Below, in pieces: positions 45,060-55,475 of a DNA stretch of 64,000 nt; the stretch's first letter is position 1, and each line of letters starts with the position of its first letter. The stretch lies in NCBI GenBank assembly GCA_000004985.1, contig GG738845.1; one strand, written 5' to 3'. The notes beneath the pieces were generated by a model. That model was not told where the DNA came from, ran no database searches, and was given only the letters and a program-made list of their open reading frames with translations. This DNA is from Naegleria gruberi (taxonomy: Eukaryota). A program made the translations under genes and the position numbers.

Positions 45060-45644
45060 TAAATATTTTCTAAATAGTAATATTTTAAATGTATATATTT
45101 TAAATATTGAGGAACATGAAGAGCTCAATTAAGAGTGCCATTTCGGCGGGGTAACTTTCGGTATAATACAGTAAGGATTAGAATCTAAAAAATCTTATGT
45201 TTCCATCCACTACAGCAGCTGATTCTGAGGTTATTCATGTGGTCTCTAATAGTGCATCTCAACAGAAGGAATCATCATCTGAATCACCCTTAGTAGCATT
45301 CTTTGTTTCATTGTGAAATAGAGTAATCAAATCGTACCACACATGTCAGATCACAAAGCTCGTCCCAAGAGAATCACATCAAATGATTGGGATTTTGGTA
45401 AGTCCAGAAGTTGATCACAACCATCTCAGCAGTGGCATACCCAAATTAAGCATCACTACGAAATGGATTGTTCAATCATTGAATTATTCAACAGAAATGA
45501 GACCCTCAAAGGATCAACAAGATGTTTAACTGAGTAGAAATGATATACATTATTTATGTCAAAAGGTTGTCTTATCAATATCCCGCCAATTTTAAAATTG
45601 AATTAAAAAATTACAGTTCAAACCAATCACAACATCTTTAAAAA

Positions 45645-47809
45645 ATGAATGAATCCCTAAATTTGAGCAGTATCATAAATGAGGAGTCGATTAATAACTC
45701 TAACAATGAATATCTAAGAAAGAGTTCAGATAGTGAAGAGGATATTTCCAAGACTGTAGAGGAACATTATAATCACATTCATGTTTGCGTACGAGTCTCT
45801 CCTGTACCAGGTATGTAGATTTCTCTAGTATCATTCATGTTTTATTGAATCAAATAGCTGAGGAAGCGAGTGCTAATGCTCAAAATATTGTTGAAATATC
45901 GGATGTAAACAAGTTGATTGCCTATCACCCTGAAAGTAGAGAGGGTTTGCTCTATTCATTTGACAATTGTTTTGATTCAGAAACAACAAACAACACAATC
46001 TTTGAGAGTGTTTGTGTACCAGTATTGAATGCCGTGATTGAGGGTTATAATGGAACTATTATTTCCTATGGATCTTCTCGAACAGGAAAAACTGAAATGA
46101 TGATTGGAAATGAAAGAGAGGAAGGAATTGTTGATTTGACATTCAGAGAAGGCTATTCCTATCTCTCTTCAGTTTCTGACAAGGTGGATTATAGTATTTC
46201 TTTTTCTTTCTGGGAAATGAGTAATGATTCGATTTTGGATTTACTTGATTTGAATGAGGGGAAAGAGCTCAAATTAAAAAGAAGTGGAAAGGAAGGGGTA
46301 TTTATCACAAATCTATCTGAACATCAAGTTGACAGTTGGGAGCATCTTCAATCACTAATTGATAATGGTATAAGAAGAAGCCAACAATTGACTGCTCAAA
46401 GAAAAATTAGGTTGCACTCCTTTATGAGATTAAGGCTCACAAGAAACAATTACGATCACCCAGAAGAGGATGTCTCATCTTCTTTTATGTTTGTAAACTT
46501 GAAGGGTACCGAAAGAATTGGTAAAATTGGAGCAAAGGGAGATCATATGAAGGAAGGAGCAAGTTTAAACATGAGTATGATTGCTTTCGGTAACGCAATT
46601 CACAATGTAGTCAACCACACACGAGTTAAAAAGGATACAGCTATCAATATTAACAGTTTATTTGGAGACTCTCAAGTAACTGCCATGATGAGCGATTCTC
46701 TTGGTGGAAAGAGTGCCACAGTAATTATTGGATCTATTTCTCAAACGGAATTCCACTATCTTGAAACAATGGAAGTTTTGGAAAATCTCAGAATTGCAAG
46801 ACACATCCTCTCAAAACCTGTAAAACAAGTCTTGAACTCTAAAATCAAAAAGCTCTATAATAAGATTAAAAAACTCGAAACAAGCATTCCAGAAGATAAA
46901 CTAGCCCCTGGCCATCCCCCAACTGAACAGCAAGAGGAATTGGAATACTACAAGAGATTATACAGGAAATACCTTGATGGATTGGTAGATGACGAAGATT
47001 TGGACAAACCAATGGAAACAAATCCTTCTCTTCAAGATATTCCTGAATTGGAATTATCAAAAACGGATCAATTATGGAAACAAAATGATGCCAAGAGTCA
47101 GAGACATGGTATTCGTGCCACAGTTTATAAACCCTCATCACTTCAAGGGAAACCAAAGGAAACTTACAAAGGACAATGGAAAGGTCATCAAAAACATGGC
47201 TACGGAGAGGTTGATAATGAAAAGGTAAATTATAAAGGTGGTTGGGCAAATGATAAAAAGCATGGTAAGGGATCCCTATATTCAAAGGAAAAAAACAGAA
47301 GAGTATTTCTGGGAGAATTCCAAAACGATAAGAAGCATGGAAAGGGTGTATTTTATTATGAAAATGGAGAAATTTATGACGGTGAATGGAAGGACGACAA
47401 AAGGTGTGGCTATGGAGTCATGTACTATCTTGATGGAACGAAATATGAAGGAGAATGGGAAAATGATATGAGAGGAGGTAATGGAGCCTGTGTGGAAAAG
47501 AATGGAGATAGATTCGAAGGTTCCTTCCTGAATGGATTGAAGCATGGTCCAGGAGTGTATTACTATATCACACAAGGTCAAAAGTATGTTGGGGAATGGT
47601 TTAAAGGTGTTGCAAAGTGTGGTCAACTATATTCAGATATTGATTATACAGAAGAAGGAATGGACAGTTTTGAGAGCTCAACAAAAATTCCAGAAAATCA
47701 ACTGCAAGATAGAATGAAAGTTATTGAAGATGCAGTCACATCTGTTCGTATTCAAATGCAACAAGAACATTTACTCCCTTCTGCAATAAGAGAAAATATT
47801 TACGAGTGA
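45645..47809 (+). CDS. Kinesin-like (degenerate motor) domain fused to about 7 C-terminal MORN repeats. Exons 45645..45810 and 45858..47809, about 705 aa.
   Basis: Exon 1 ends IHVCVRVSPVP (kinesin beta1-like). The motor-like region has a P-loop GSSRTGKT (canonical GQTxSGKT), a switch-I-like RKIRLHSF and a switch-II-like FVNLKGTERIGKIGAKGDHMKEGASLNMSMIAFGNAIHNVV (canonical DLAGSE). Then YKGQWKGHQKHGYGEV, YKGGWANDKKHGKGSLY, GEFQNDKKHGKGVFYYENGEIYDGEWKDDKRCGYGVMYYLDGTKYEGEWENDMRGGNG are MORN units. Intron 47 nt. Confidence 0.6.
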
Positions 47810-47856
47810 ATCAGGATTGAATTTAAAATAGATACGTGGCACTATCAACCAAAAAA

Positions 47857-48219
47857 ATGTCTGCAACCACCGAAAACAAAGTCACTTTCAAGATTACTTT
47901 AACATCACACCCAAAGCAACCTTTTAGAACGTATGTAAATAAATGATTGACCATTTCCGATCATTGAATTAATCATCACACATATTGTAACAATTAATAA
48001 TAACAATCAAACGGGATTAGAATCAAGGTTCCTGAAAGTGCACCATTCACTGCTGTTTTGAAGTATGCTGCTGAAGAATTCCAAATTTCTGCTGAAACTA
48101 GTGCAATTCTCTCCAATGATGGTATCGGTATTAATCCTAGTCAAACTGCAGGAAACGTTTGGCTCAAGTATGGTACAGATTTACGTATTATTCCAAGAGA
48201 CAAAGTCGGTGGATTTTAA
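47857..48219 (+). CDS. UFM1: Ubiquitin-fold modifier 1 (UFM1). Exons 47857..47930 and 48021..48219, intron 90 nt.
   Basis: [24 protein letters not shown](T)[65 protein letters not shown] is near-identical in pattern to metazoan UFM1, including the VG-xx C-terminus. Confidence 0.8.
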
Positions 48220-48394
48220 TTAAATTATATTTTCTTGAACGGATTTTAATGATTTATTCAGGACTAATTAGTTGTGCCATCAATAACCCATTATCAACCT
48301 TCTCCATATTCCATCTAAAATTTTAAATATTGGATTTGAAAATATTCCGAATATCAAGAGTATGAAACCAATTTCCAACTCCTCTACTATATCG

Positions 48395-48607
48395 TTAAAT
48401 CTTTTCCGATGATTGTTTTAAATCAACCTTGATGGTCACATCTGGCTTCAAAATTCTGTGGGCAACTTCGGCACCCAAGAAGATACTGGCAATACTCAAA
48501 GATGTAATCAAGAGAAAACGACTAGACGATTTTTTAAGTGGGATTGCGCTCTTGGCAAGTTTTTGTTCCTCTGCAGGTGCTTGACCTGGTTTTTTGATTA
48601 TTTTCAT
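48395..48607 (-). CDS. Small single-pass/tail-anchored membrane protein, 70 aa, hypothetical.
   Basis: Basic N-terminus, hydrophobic FLLITSLSIASIFLGAEVA, short C-tail. ATG at 48607. Confidence 0.25.
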   Translation of the reverse strand: MKIIKKPGQAPAEEQKLAKSAIPLKKSSSRFLLITSLSIASIFLGAEVAHRILKPDVTIKVDLKQSSEKI

Positions 48608-48871
48608 TTTTTTAATATTTAAATCAATTGTTGTTACAAACAGTTATTATTTTCTGATTAGAAACAGAATATGTTAAATATATTAATTTAACTTTTAAAT
48701 CTGTGTTTAAATCTCAAAAATATTAGTATCATCTGGACTATAAATTCTCATATTTTGATAAACAACTATTAAAATTTCGCGCCCAAATTTAAAATTTAAA
48801 AAAAAAATACAGTGTTTTCAGTTTAAACACATTTAAAAACCGAGTGATCTTATTGTTGTTGCTATTCTATT

Positions 48872-50251
48872 ATGACTACTCCTAACAACAATGGAGGAGT
48901 ATCCATGAATCTGTCCACAACATTAGATTCAAACACGCCTCCACTACCTCCTCCAATGCAAGTTGGAATGTCATCAAGTCCTAGTTTAGGTTTCAATCCA
49001 ACACCGGCTTCAATGATTCCACACCATCACCACCATCAATATCAACAACAGCAACATCCTAATACATACATGATGAATTCACCTTCTTCTTCTTCTCACA
49101 CAATTCTGCCATTTGGACCAACACCTACAATGGCAAGCCAATCTCAACAATCTTTCCCTTCACTAATTTCTCCCATCTCGAATCCATTTCCTTCCATCCA
49201 TACCTCTATTCCACCAACACATTTTCTATCCATGAATATGGCTTCACAGCCATCTCTTGCCACAACAGGTTTGGACAAAAGACGAAGAAATCCCTCCTCC
49301 AAAAGAAGTTTGGAAGAAGAAGATGAGGAAGACAATCAAAACAATATTGAAATTGATGATTCGGGTGACCAAGAAGAGCCTCCAACAACAAGAGCAAAAC
49401 CAATCGAATTAAAATTACAACATCAACAACAACCAAAATTCGTGGACAATAATGCAAAAGGATGTAATTGTAAAAAAACTGGTTGTTTAAAACGATATTG
49501 TGAATGCTTTCAGAACAATAAGAGATGTACCATAAAATGTCGTTGTCAGGGTTGCAAAAACTATCATGAATGTCCTGATTTACATAGAGTTTTGGAAAAA
49601 CAAACAAAATCTGGAGCAGGACCACAAACTTCAACTAGTGCAACACAAAGAAAGACTCAAAAAAGAAAAACCAATCTGGTTTCGCAAGCTCCACCTAGCT
49701 CTTCAAATAATACCACTCAATCAAGACCGCCAATTGGAAGTCCTTCAATATTAGGTGGAGGTATTGTTATGGCTCATGGAAGTGTGTCACAATTCAGTCC
49801 CTTAACGTTTACTAACCCACAAATTGCTTCATCTCTTCATCAAAATTCATTAAGCTGTATTTATGGGGAGGAAAAGATTGTGGAACTTTGTAAAAAACTA
49901 GTATTGGCTGCTATTCAACAAGAACAGGTCTTTAAGGATGAATGGAAACAAGATAATTCTGCACCAAAAACACCGAAATCAGCTAGAAAAGAGGGTAATC
50001 AACAAGTTAACAACTTTTTACTTTGTGACGAGGATGACATGCACCAAGCAGCTCAACCACAGACAAGTTCTAACAGAAAAGTTTATCCAAAAGGATTTGA
50101 GAATGCTCTTGGAATATCTTTGAATGGACGTATCACATCAGAGTTTAAACATTTCCTCTTATCAGGAGTGCAAACATTGAAATCCCAACAACAAGCAACC
50201 GAAACTCAAAACATTCTAAATAATAGCATGAATGGTATGCAGTATCAATAG
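48872..50251 (+). CDS. CXC (tesmin/TSO1-like CRC) domain DNA-binding protein.
   Basis: AKGCNCKKTGCLKRYCECFQNNKRCTIKCRCQGCKNY is a CXC cysteine-rich domain. Flanks are Pro/Ser/His-rich. Confidence 0.5.
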   Translation: MTTPNNNGGVSMNLSTTLDSNTPPLPPPMQVGMSSSPSLGFNPTPASMIPHHHHHQYQQQQHPNTYMMNSPSSSSHTILPFGPTPTMASQSQQSFPSLISPISNPFPSIHTSIPPTHFLSMNMASQPSLATTGLDKRRRNPSSKRSLEEEDEEDNQNNIEIDDSGDQEEPPTTRAKPIELKLQHQQQPKFVDNNAKGCNCKKTGCLKRYCECFQNNKRCTIKCRCQGCKNYHECPDLHRVLEKQTKSGAGPQTSTSATQRKTQKRKTNLVSQAPPSSSNNTTQSRPPIGSPSILGGGIVMAHGSVSQFSPLTFTNPQIASSLHQNSLSCIYGEEKIVELCKKLVLAAIQQEQVFKDEWKQDNSAPKTPKSARKEGNQQVNNFLLCDEDDMHQAAQPQTSSNRKVYPKGFENALGISLNGRITSEFKHFLLSGVQTLKSQQQATETQNILNNSMNGMQYQ

Positions 50252-50415
50252 AATAAACTCAGAGTAAATTGATACATTTGTCTAATTATATTTGGACTTC
50301 TAAACCTTATTAATATCATTAACATATTTTAAACGAAAATGCAAATTAAACTCATCATTTCCCGCCAATAAAAAATTTTAACGTTCAAAAATCAGAATAT
50401 ATTTATTTAAAAAAA

Positions 50416-51192
50416 ATGCAAAATCAACAACAGGATGATAAAATGGAGCTGTCATCATCGCAGCAAGTAGAATTTATTGATAAATTTATGGGCAGTCCTG
50501 TGCTCTCTATTATAGAGGATCTATACAATATCGCACAAGCTTTTATTTCGGATGGCTATGACCACTTTCAACAAACACTTTTAAATCATATAATATCATC
50601 AAATCCTAATATGACAAAAGATGAGGCAAAGGAAATTGATAGAATGTTAGATGATGCTGTGGAACGAATGTTCAATATGAGTATTCAATCCCTAAATTCA
50701 CAATTTGACATTTTTGAACAATTTGTAAAAACGTATTGCTTTAACGAACCACAAATTCCAACCGAATGCCAGGAATCTTTTTGTAAATTAGTAAACCAAG
50801 ATATTATGGAACTCAATAATGAGGCTTCCAACACAGTGGAAGATGAGGACATTTTGAAGTTAATTTCCGAAATTAATCAAATTCAAGAACAAACAAACAG
50901 TTCTTATTCTGAATTGTGTCAAGGTATCACACAAAGTAGACAGTTATTACTGCAACGACAAGAAATTGACAAACACCTTCTCTATTATCATGAAAACGTA
51001 CAAAAGATTGATTTCATTCATGAAAAGCTTAGACATTTTTCAATTGATTTGGAAGAGACAATCAAGTCATTAATTGAACAAGGTAAAAAACTGCACGAAC
51101 AATACGTGAATACCAAGCAAGTTTATGAACAATTCTTTGGACTTCCAGCTAGAGAAGCTGATGCAAAAGAAAGCTATTTCCTGAGGAAATAA
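50416..51192 (+). CDS. Hypothetical protein, 258 aa.
   Basis: Single ORF; ATG after an A8 run; no family recognised. Confidence 0.3.
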   Translation: MQNQQQDDKMELSSSQQVEFIDKFMGSPVLSIIEDLYNIAQAFISDGYDHFQQTLLNHIISSNPNMTKDEAKEIDRMLDDAVERMFNMSIQSLNSQFDIFEQFVKTYCFNEPQIPTECQESFCKLVNQDIMELNNEASNTVEDEDILKLISEINQIQEQTNSSYSELCQGITQSRQLLLQRQEIDKHLLYYHENVQKIDFIHEKLRHFSIDLEETIKSLIEQGKKLHEQYVNTKQVYEQFFGLPAREADAKESYFLRK

Positions 51193-51374
51193 TTGCCACT
51201 ATAATCATCCACCCTAAGCCTGACTTTAAGTCACCTAAGAACTAATTAAATTTATTATTTATTCTTCATCCATATTCCTATAAACTTTGAAAATATATTC
51301 ATTTCAGTTCGTCATAGTAACCACAGTACACTTGAAAATCAATTCCACAACATCATATTACTCTCCATTCAAAT

Positions 51375-51767
51375 CTAATTGTCAACCTTGACTTGACCAA
51401 CTTTTGGTCCTTGTGGATCCGATGCAGAAACAATTTTAGCACTTTTATCATAAAAATAAAGAACTTTGGATCTAACAAGATTTTCCTCTTCAATTTCCTT
51501 TTTCAATGAATTAAATTGTCTTCTACAATCCAAATATGATTCTTTAAATTCAGCACACATTATTTCTGGCTTGTTGTTTTGATATTCACGTTCACATTTA
51601 GCAAACAATTGCAACAAATCTTGACATGGTTTTTCTGGAACGTATTCCTTGTTGGAAAATAATACTGGTGCATTACTAAAATAGCTTTGTGTTGTTAAAA
51701 GGTTGGAGATGTAATTTTGTGTAATTTCTTCTTCCGATTTATGTTTTTCCTCTTTATTTCCGTCCAT
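51375..51767 (-). CDS. Twin Cx9C (CHCH-domain) protein, likely mitochondrial intermembrane-space.
   Basis: CQDLLQLFAKC and CAEFKESYLDC are two Cx9C pairs. 130 aa; ATG at 51767. Confidence 0.5.
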   Translation of the reverse strand: MDGNKEEKHKSEEEITQNYISNLLTTQSYFSNAPVLFSNKEYVPEKPCQDLLQLFAKCEREYQNNKPEIMCAEFKESYLDCRRQFNSLKKEIEEENLVRSKVLYFYDKSAKIVSASDPQGPKVGQVKVDN

Positions 51768-51831
51768 TTTTTAATAAAATAATTAAAAATTAATCAATTA
51801 TTAAACTTTCAATTTTTAACTGTTTTATTGG

Positions 51832-53235
51832 TTAAATAATTTGATTATCAATATTTTTAATATCTAAAAGATGGTATGAAAGTACACTGTCAAATGAACC
51901 AATGCCATATTCATACTGTAGAGTTGATGATTGATTATTTAAATACTGGGAAGCATGCTTATTCATTGTCGTTTTCAAAATATCTAAAAATTCGCTGTTT
52001 GATATTTCTATCTGGTGAGACAATTCGCCCACTACAACACTACAATTCGTCTTTTGCTTTTTTGTAAAAATTCTCAATAACGTGTCAAAGTATGAGAAAC
52101 ACAACTCAATCATTTCACATGTAACCTCCACTCCACACACAAACATTGAATGACTCTCAGTCGAAATTACAAAATCTCTAATTAAAATGATGATTTGCTT
52201 TAGCAAATGGGGTATAAAATCCAAACGTTCATCCAGAAAATCAATGAGAGGTCTGAGCTTATTCACTATATGATCAGGTTTCGTCTTGGCAGTATTATAT
52301 TGTGGAGAAACTAGCACAGCCAATAAAAATGACTGTACGATGAAAGAGCAAGAGGGTCCTCTAGTGTGTTGAAGAATCCTTTCTTCAATTTTCTCTAATT
52401 CTTTCGTGGCAGCTTCTATTTTTTCTTTCCTTCTTTGCTTTTCCTTCTTGTCGAATGCCTCTTCAACTTGTGGTAATTCCTTCCTCTTATTGAATTGAAT
52501 AATGTATTGATTAGAGTATTGAATCCATTCCTTTTGAAAGTTGAGAATGTATTCCTCTTGGTTATCCCAATATTTAGTCTTCATCCATTTGAGAGCTTGT
52601 TTGGCACAATTTTCCAAAATTTCAATGGATGGAAACTTTCTATGTGAAATTTCATTTCTTACATCCACCAATAGTTTTGGACAATCAGCTTGTCTTGAAC
52701 CAAGAGCTAAACTAGATGACTGTGTCTTCTTACCATCCTTACTGAACAAATTGACAAATCTAACAATGGCATTGCTCAAAGCCTGTTCCTTAATCGATTT
52801 AATATTCAATCTATTATGTTTTGAATCAATCCTCTGATCGATCTTTAATGCTTCCAAGAATAAATAGCTCGATTCTACTATTGTGGAAGTTTGAATCCTA
52901 AATTTACTCTTCCAAACACCCAATATTTCAATTGATTTTTCTCTCAATGATTCCTTTTCCCTAGTAGGGCTATTATTCATCCAAACTCCATCATCCGAAA
53001 ATAAATTCCTCTTTACAAATAACCACTCATTCCAATCATACCACGATACGAGAGGACAATCCTGATTATTAAAATCCAAATTATATCGCACCGATTGTTC
53101 ACATTTGTACTGTTTATCTTGTTCTCTGTGTTGTTGTTGTGTGGAGTAGAGTTGTGAGCCCTCTCCTTGATTTTTCCTTTTCGTTGATGGTTGCAAAGTT
53201 TGTTGTTGACAATCAATAGGTGTCTTTCTCTTCAT
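51832..53235 (-). CDS. LAS1: LAS1-like pre-rRNA processing endonuclease component.
   Basis: The N-terminal domain pattern W.DWNEW..V...LF, NAIVRFVNLF and ISHRKFPSIEILENCAKQALKWMKTKYW parallels Las1 conserved blocks (W..W.EW, RFVN, HE.TH..LPSL...AL.WL..YW). Confidence 0.5.
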   Translation of the reverse strand: MKRKTPIDCQQQTLQPSTKRKNQGEGSQLYSTQQQHREQDKQYKCEQSVRYNLDFNNQDCPLVSWYDWNEWLFVKRNLFSDDGVWMNNSPTREKESLREKSIEILGVWKSKFRIQTSTIVESSYLFLEALKIDQRIDSKHNRLNIKSIKEQALSNAIVRFVNLFSKDGKKTQSSSLALGSRQADCPKLLVDVRNEISHRKFPSIEILENCAKQALKWMKTKYWDNQEEYILNFQKEWIQYSNQYIIQFNKRKELPQVEEAFDKKEKQRRKEKIEAATKELEKIEERILQHTRGPSCSFIVQSFLLAVLVSPQYNTAKTKPDHIVNKLRPLIDFLDERLDFIPHLLKQIIILIRDFVISTESHSMFVCGVEVTCEMIELCFSYFDTLLRIFTKKQKTNCSVVVGELSHQIEISNSEFLDILKTTMNKHASQYLNNQSSTLQYEYGIGSFDSVLSYHLLDIKNIDNQII

Positions 53236-53384
53236 TTTTTTAGTAGGAAAAGAGGTTGTTATATTCTCATCTATTCCATGAATTATAACAAACTCTTTTA
53301 ATAATCTAATATATTTTCAAGTAATAATTAATAAATCATGTTAATATAATTAAATTATTTTAGAGTTTGATATGTTTGAAAAAA

Positions 53385-55474
53385 ATGAAACGGTTATCCA
53401 TTAAAAGGTTACAGCAACCTTTTAGTTTTTTAAAACAACAACAATCACTTCTCCGAGTGTCATCATTATCATCAATTCATCACAATAAGAGTAGGCAAAA
53501 TATTCTAGTACAACATAATAGTAGTAGTACTATTAATGACATATTTGCAAGAAAAAAGTCTACTGCTCATACTTCTTCGGCGCCATCATCGTCTGTTACA
53601 AGTAAAAGTGCAAATTCTTCCTCTAATGCCAATAATCAGGAGTCTACAACAGATGTAAAGAAGATTTTAACACATTTGAGTTCCTTGTTGTGGCCAAGGG
53701 ATTCATCTCTGAAAACTCGTGTTGTGGCAGCTATGGGACTCCTAATTGGTGCCAAAATTTTCAATGTTTCAGTACCATTTTTCTTCAAGAGAGCAGTAGA
53801 TTCATTTGGACCAGCCACTGAAACAATAATACAGGATCCGGCTGTTTTTATGACAATGGGTCCAATTTCAATGATTATTGGTTATGGTATTGCCAAGACA
53901 TTGTCTTCTCTTTTTACTGAATTGAGAGGAGCTGTGTTTGCCAAAGTAACTCAAGCATCCATCAGATTAATTTCTCTGGGAGTTTTTAGTAAATTATTGA
54001 ATATGGATTTGAACTTTCACCTTCAAAGAAAAACAGGAGCACTCACATCAACTATGGATAGAGGAAAAAGAGGAATTAACTTTTTAATGACTAGTTTATT
54101 GTTTAATATTGTTCCAACAATGCTAGAATTATCAATTGTAACAGCTATATTTTACATTAATTACGGACCTAGTTTTGCTCTTACAGCTCTTGGATCTGTC
54201 ACTTTATATGCAGCATGGACTATAACTGTAACTCAATGGAGAACCAAGATTAGAAAACAAATGAACAAGGCAGAAAATGAAGCTAGTGGAAAGGTAGTTG
54301 ACTCACTTATTAACTATGAAACTGTCAAGTATTTCCAAAATGAAAAATATGAATCTGAGAAATATGACGAACACTTGAAAAAGTATGAACAGACCTCTTT
54401 GAGTATTGCCTCTAGTTTGAGTGCACTCAATTTTGGACAAACTTTTATCTTTTCCTGTGCTCTTACTTATATCATGTATATTACTGCCAATAAGATCACT
54501 ACAGGAGAGTTAACTGTTGGTGACTTGGTTATGGTCAATACATTACTCTTCCAATTGTCTATTCCACTCAACTTTTTAGGTACCATGTATAGAGAAACTT
54601 CTCAAGCCATAACAGATATTGAGAATTTATTTACCTTATTGGATTCAAAGAATGATACGCAAGATAGCTCAGACAAGGAATTGATTATTGGAGGTCCAAC
54701 TGATACTGAAATTGAATTTAGAAATGTTTCATTCTATTATGATCCTAATAGAAAAATTCTAGATAATGTATCATTCAAAGTTAAAGCAGGTACAACAATG
54801 GGTATTTGTGGACCTAGTGGAAGTGGAAAGTCTACCATTTTGAAGCTCATTTATAGATTTTATGATCCAACTGAGGGACAAATTTTCATCAATGGGCAAG
54901 ATATTAAAACAGTATCTTTGGAGAGTTTGAGAAAACATATCGGTGTCATTCCACAAGATTGTGTATTATTCAATGATACACTCAGACACAATATTGAATA
55001 TGGTAGACTTGGATGTTCAGAGGAAGATATAAAAATGGCTGCTAGTAAGGCAAAACTTAGTGAAATTATTGAACGTCTTCCAAAGGGATTAGAAACTCCA
55101 GTTGGTGAAAGAGGACTCAAATTATCAGGTGGAGAAAAACAAAGAACAGGTATGTAATTAAGTTTCAATTTAACTCAGCATTCTCTAAAGCTATTGCACG
55201 AGCAATTCTCAAGTCTCCAAAGATTTTGTGTTGTGACGAATCAACCTCTAGTCTTGATTCAAATACGGAGAAGGAAATTATGAAATCAATTGAGGAGTTG
55301 TTTGGTAAGACCACTTCCATAATGATTGCTCACAGATTGTCAACAATTCAAAGAGCTGATCAAATTATTGTTTTGAACAATACTGGTAGTATAGCCGAGT
55401 GTGGTTCTCATGAAGAGTTAATTTCCAAACATGAAGGAATATATGTAGAGATGTGGAAGAGACAAGTTCATTAA
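53385..55474 (+). CDS. ATM1: Mitochondrial ABC transporter ATM1/ABCB7 type. Exons 53385..55149 and 55191..55474.
   Basis: Presequence-like N-terminus; six-TM ABC-B core; Walker A GPSGSGKST; signature LSGGEKQR(T)|AIARAILK. Intron 55150..55190 (41 nt, GTATGT...CTAAAG); an alternative acceptor at 55177-78 would insert AFSK. Then CCDESTSSLD (Walker B variant) and AHRLSTI (H-loop). Confidence 0.85.
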
Positions 55475-55475
55475 T

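Noticed and set aside
55150-55178. A 29-nt intron model for ATM1 (acceptor TCAG at 55177-78).
   Set aside because: It would insert four residues (AFSK) between the ABC signature and the AIARA helix. The 41-nt model using AG at 55189-90 restores canonical spacing, and 29 nt is below every other intron verified in the window.
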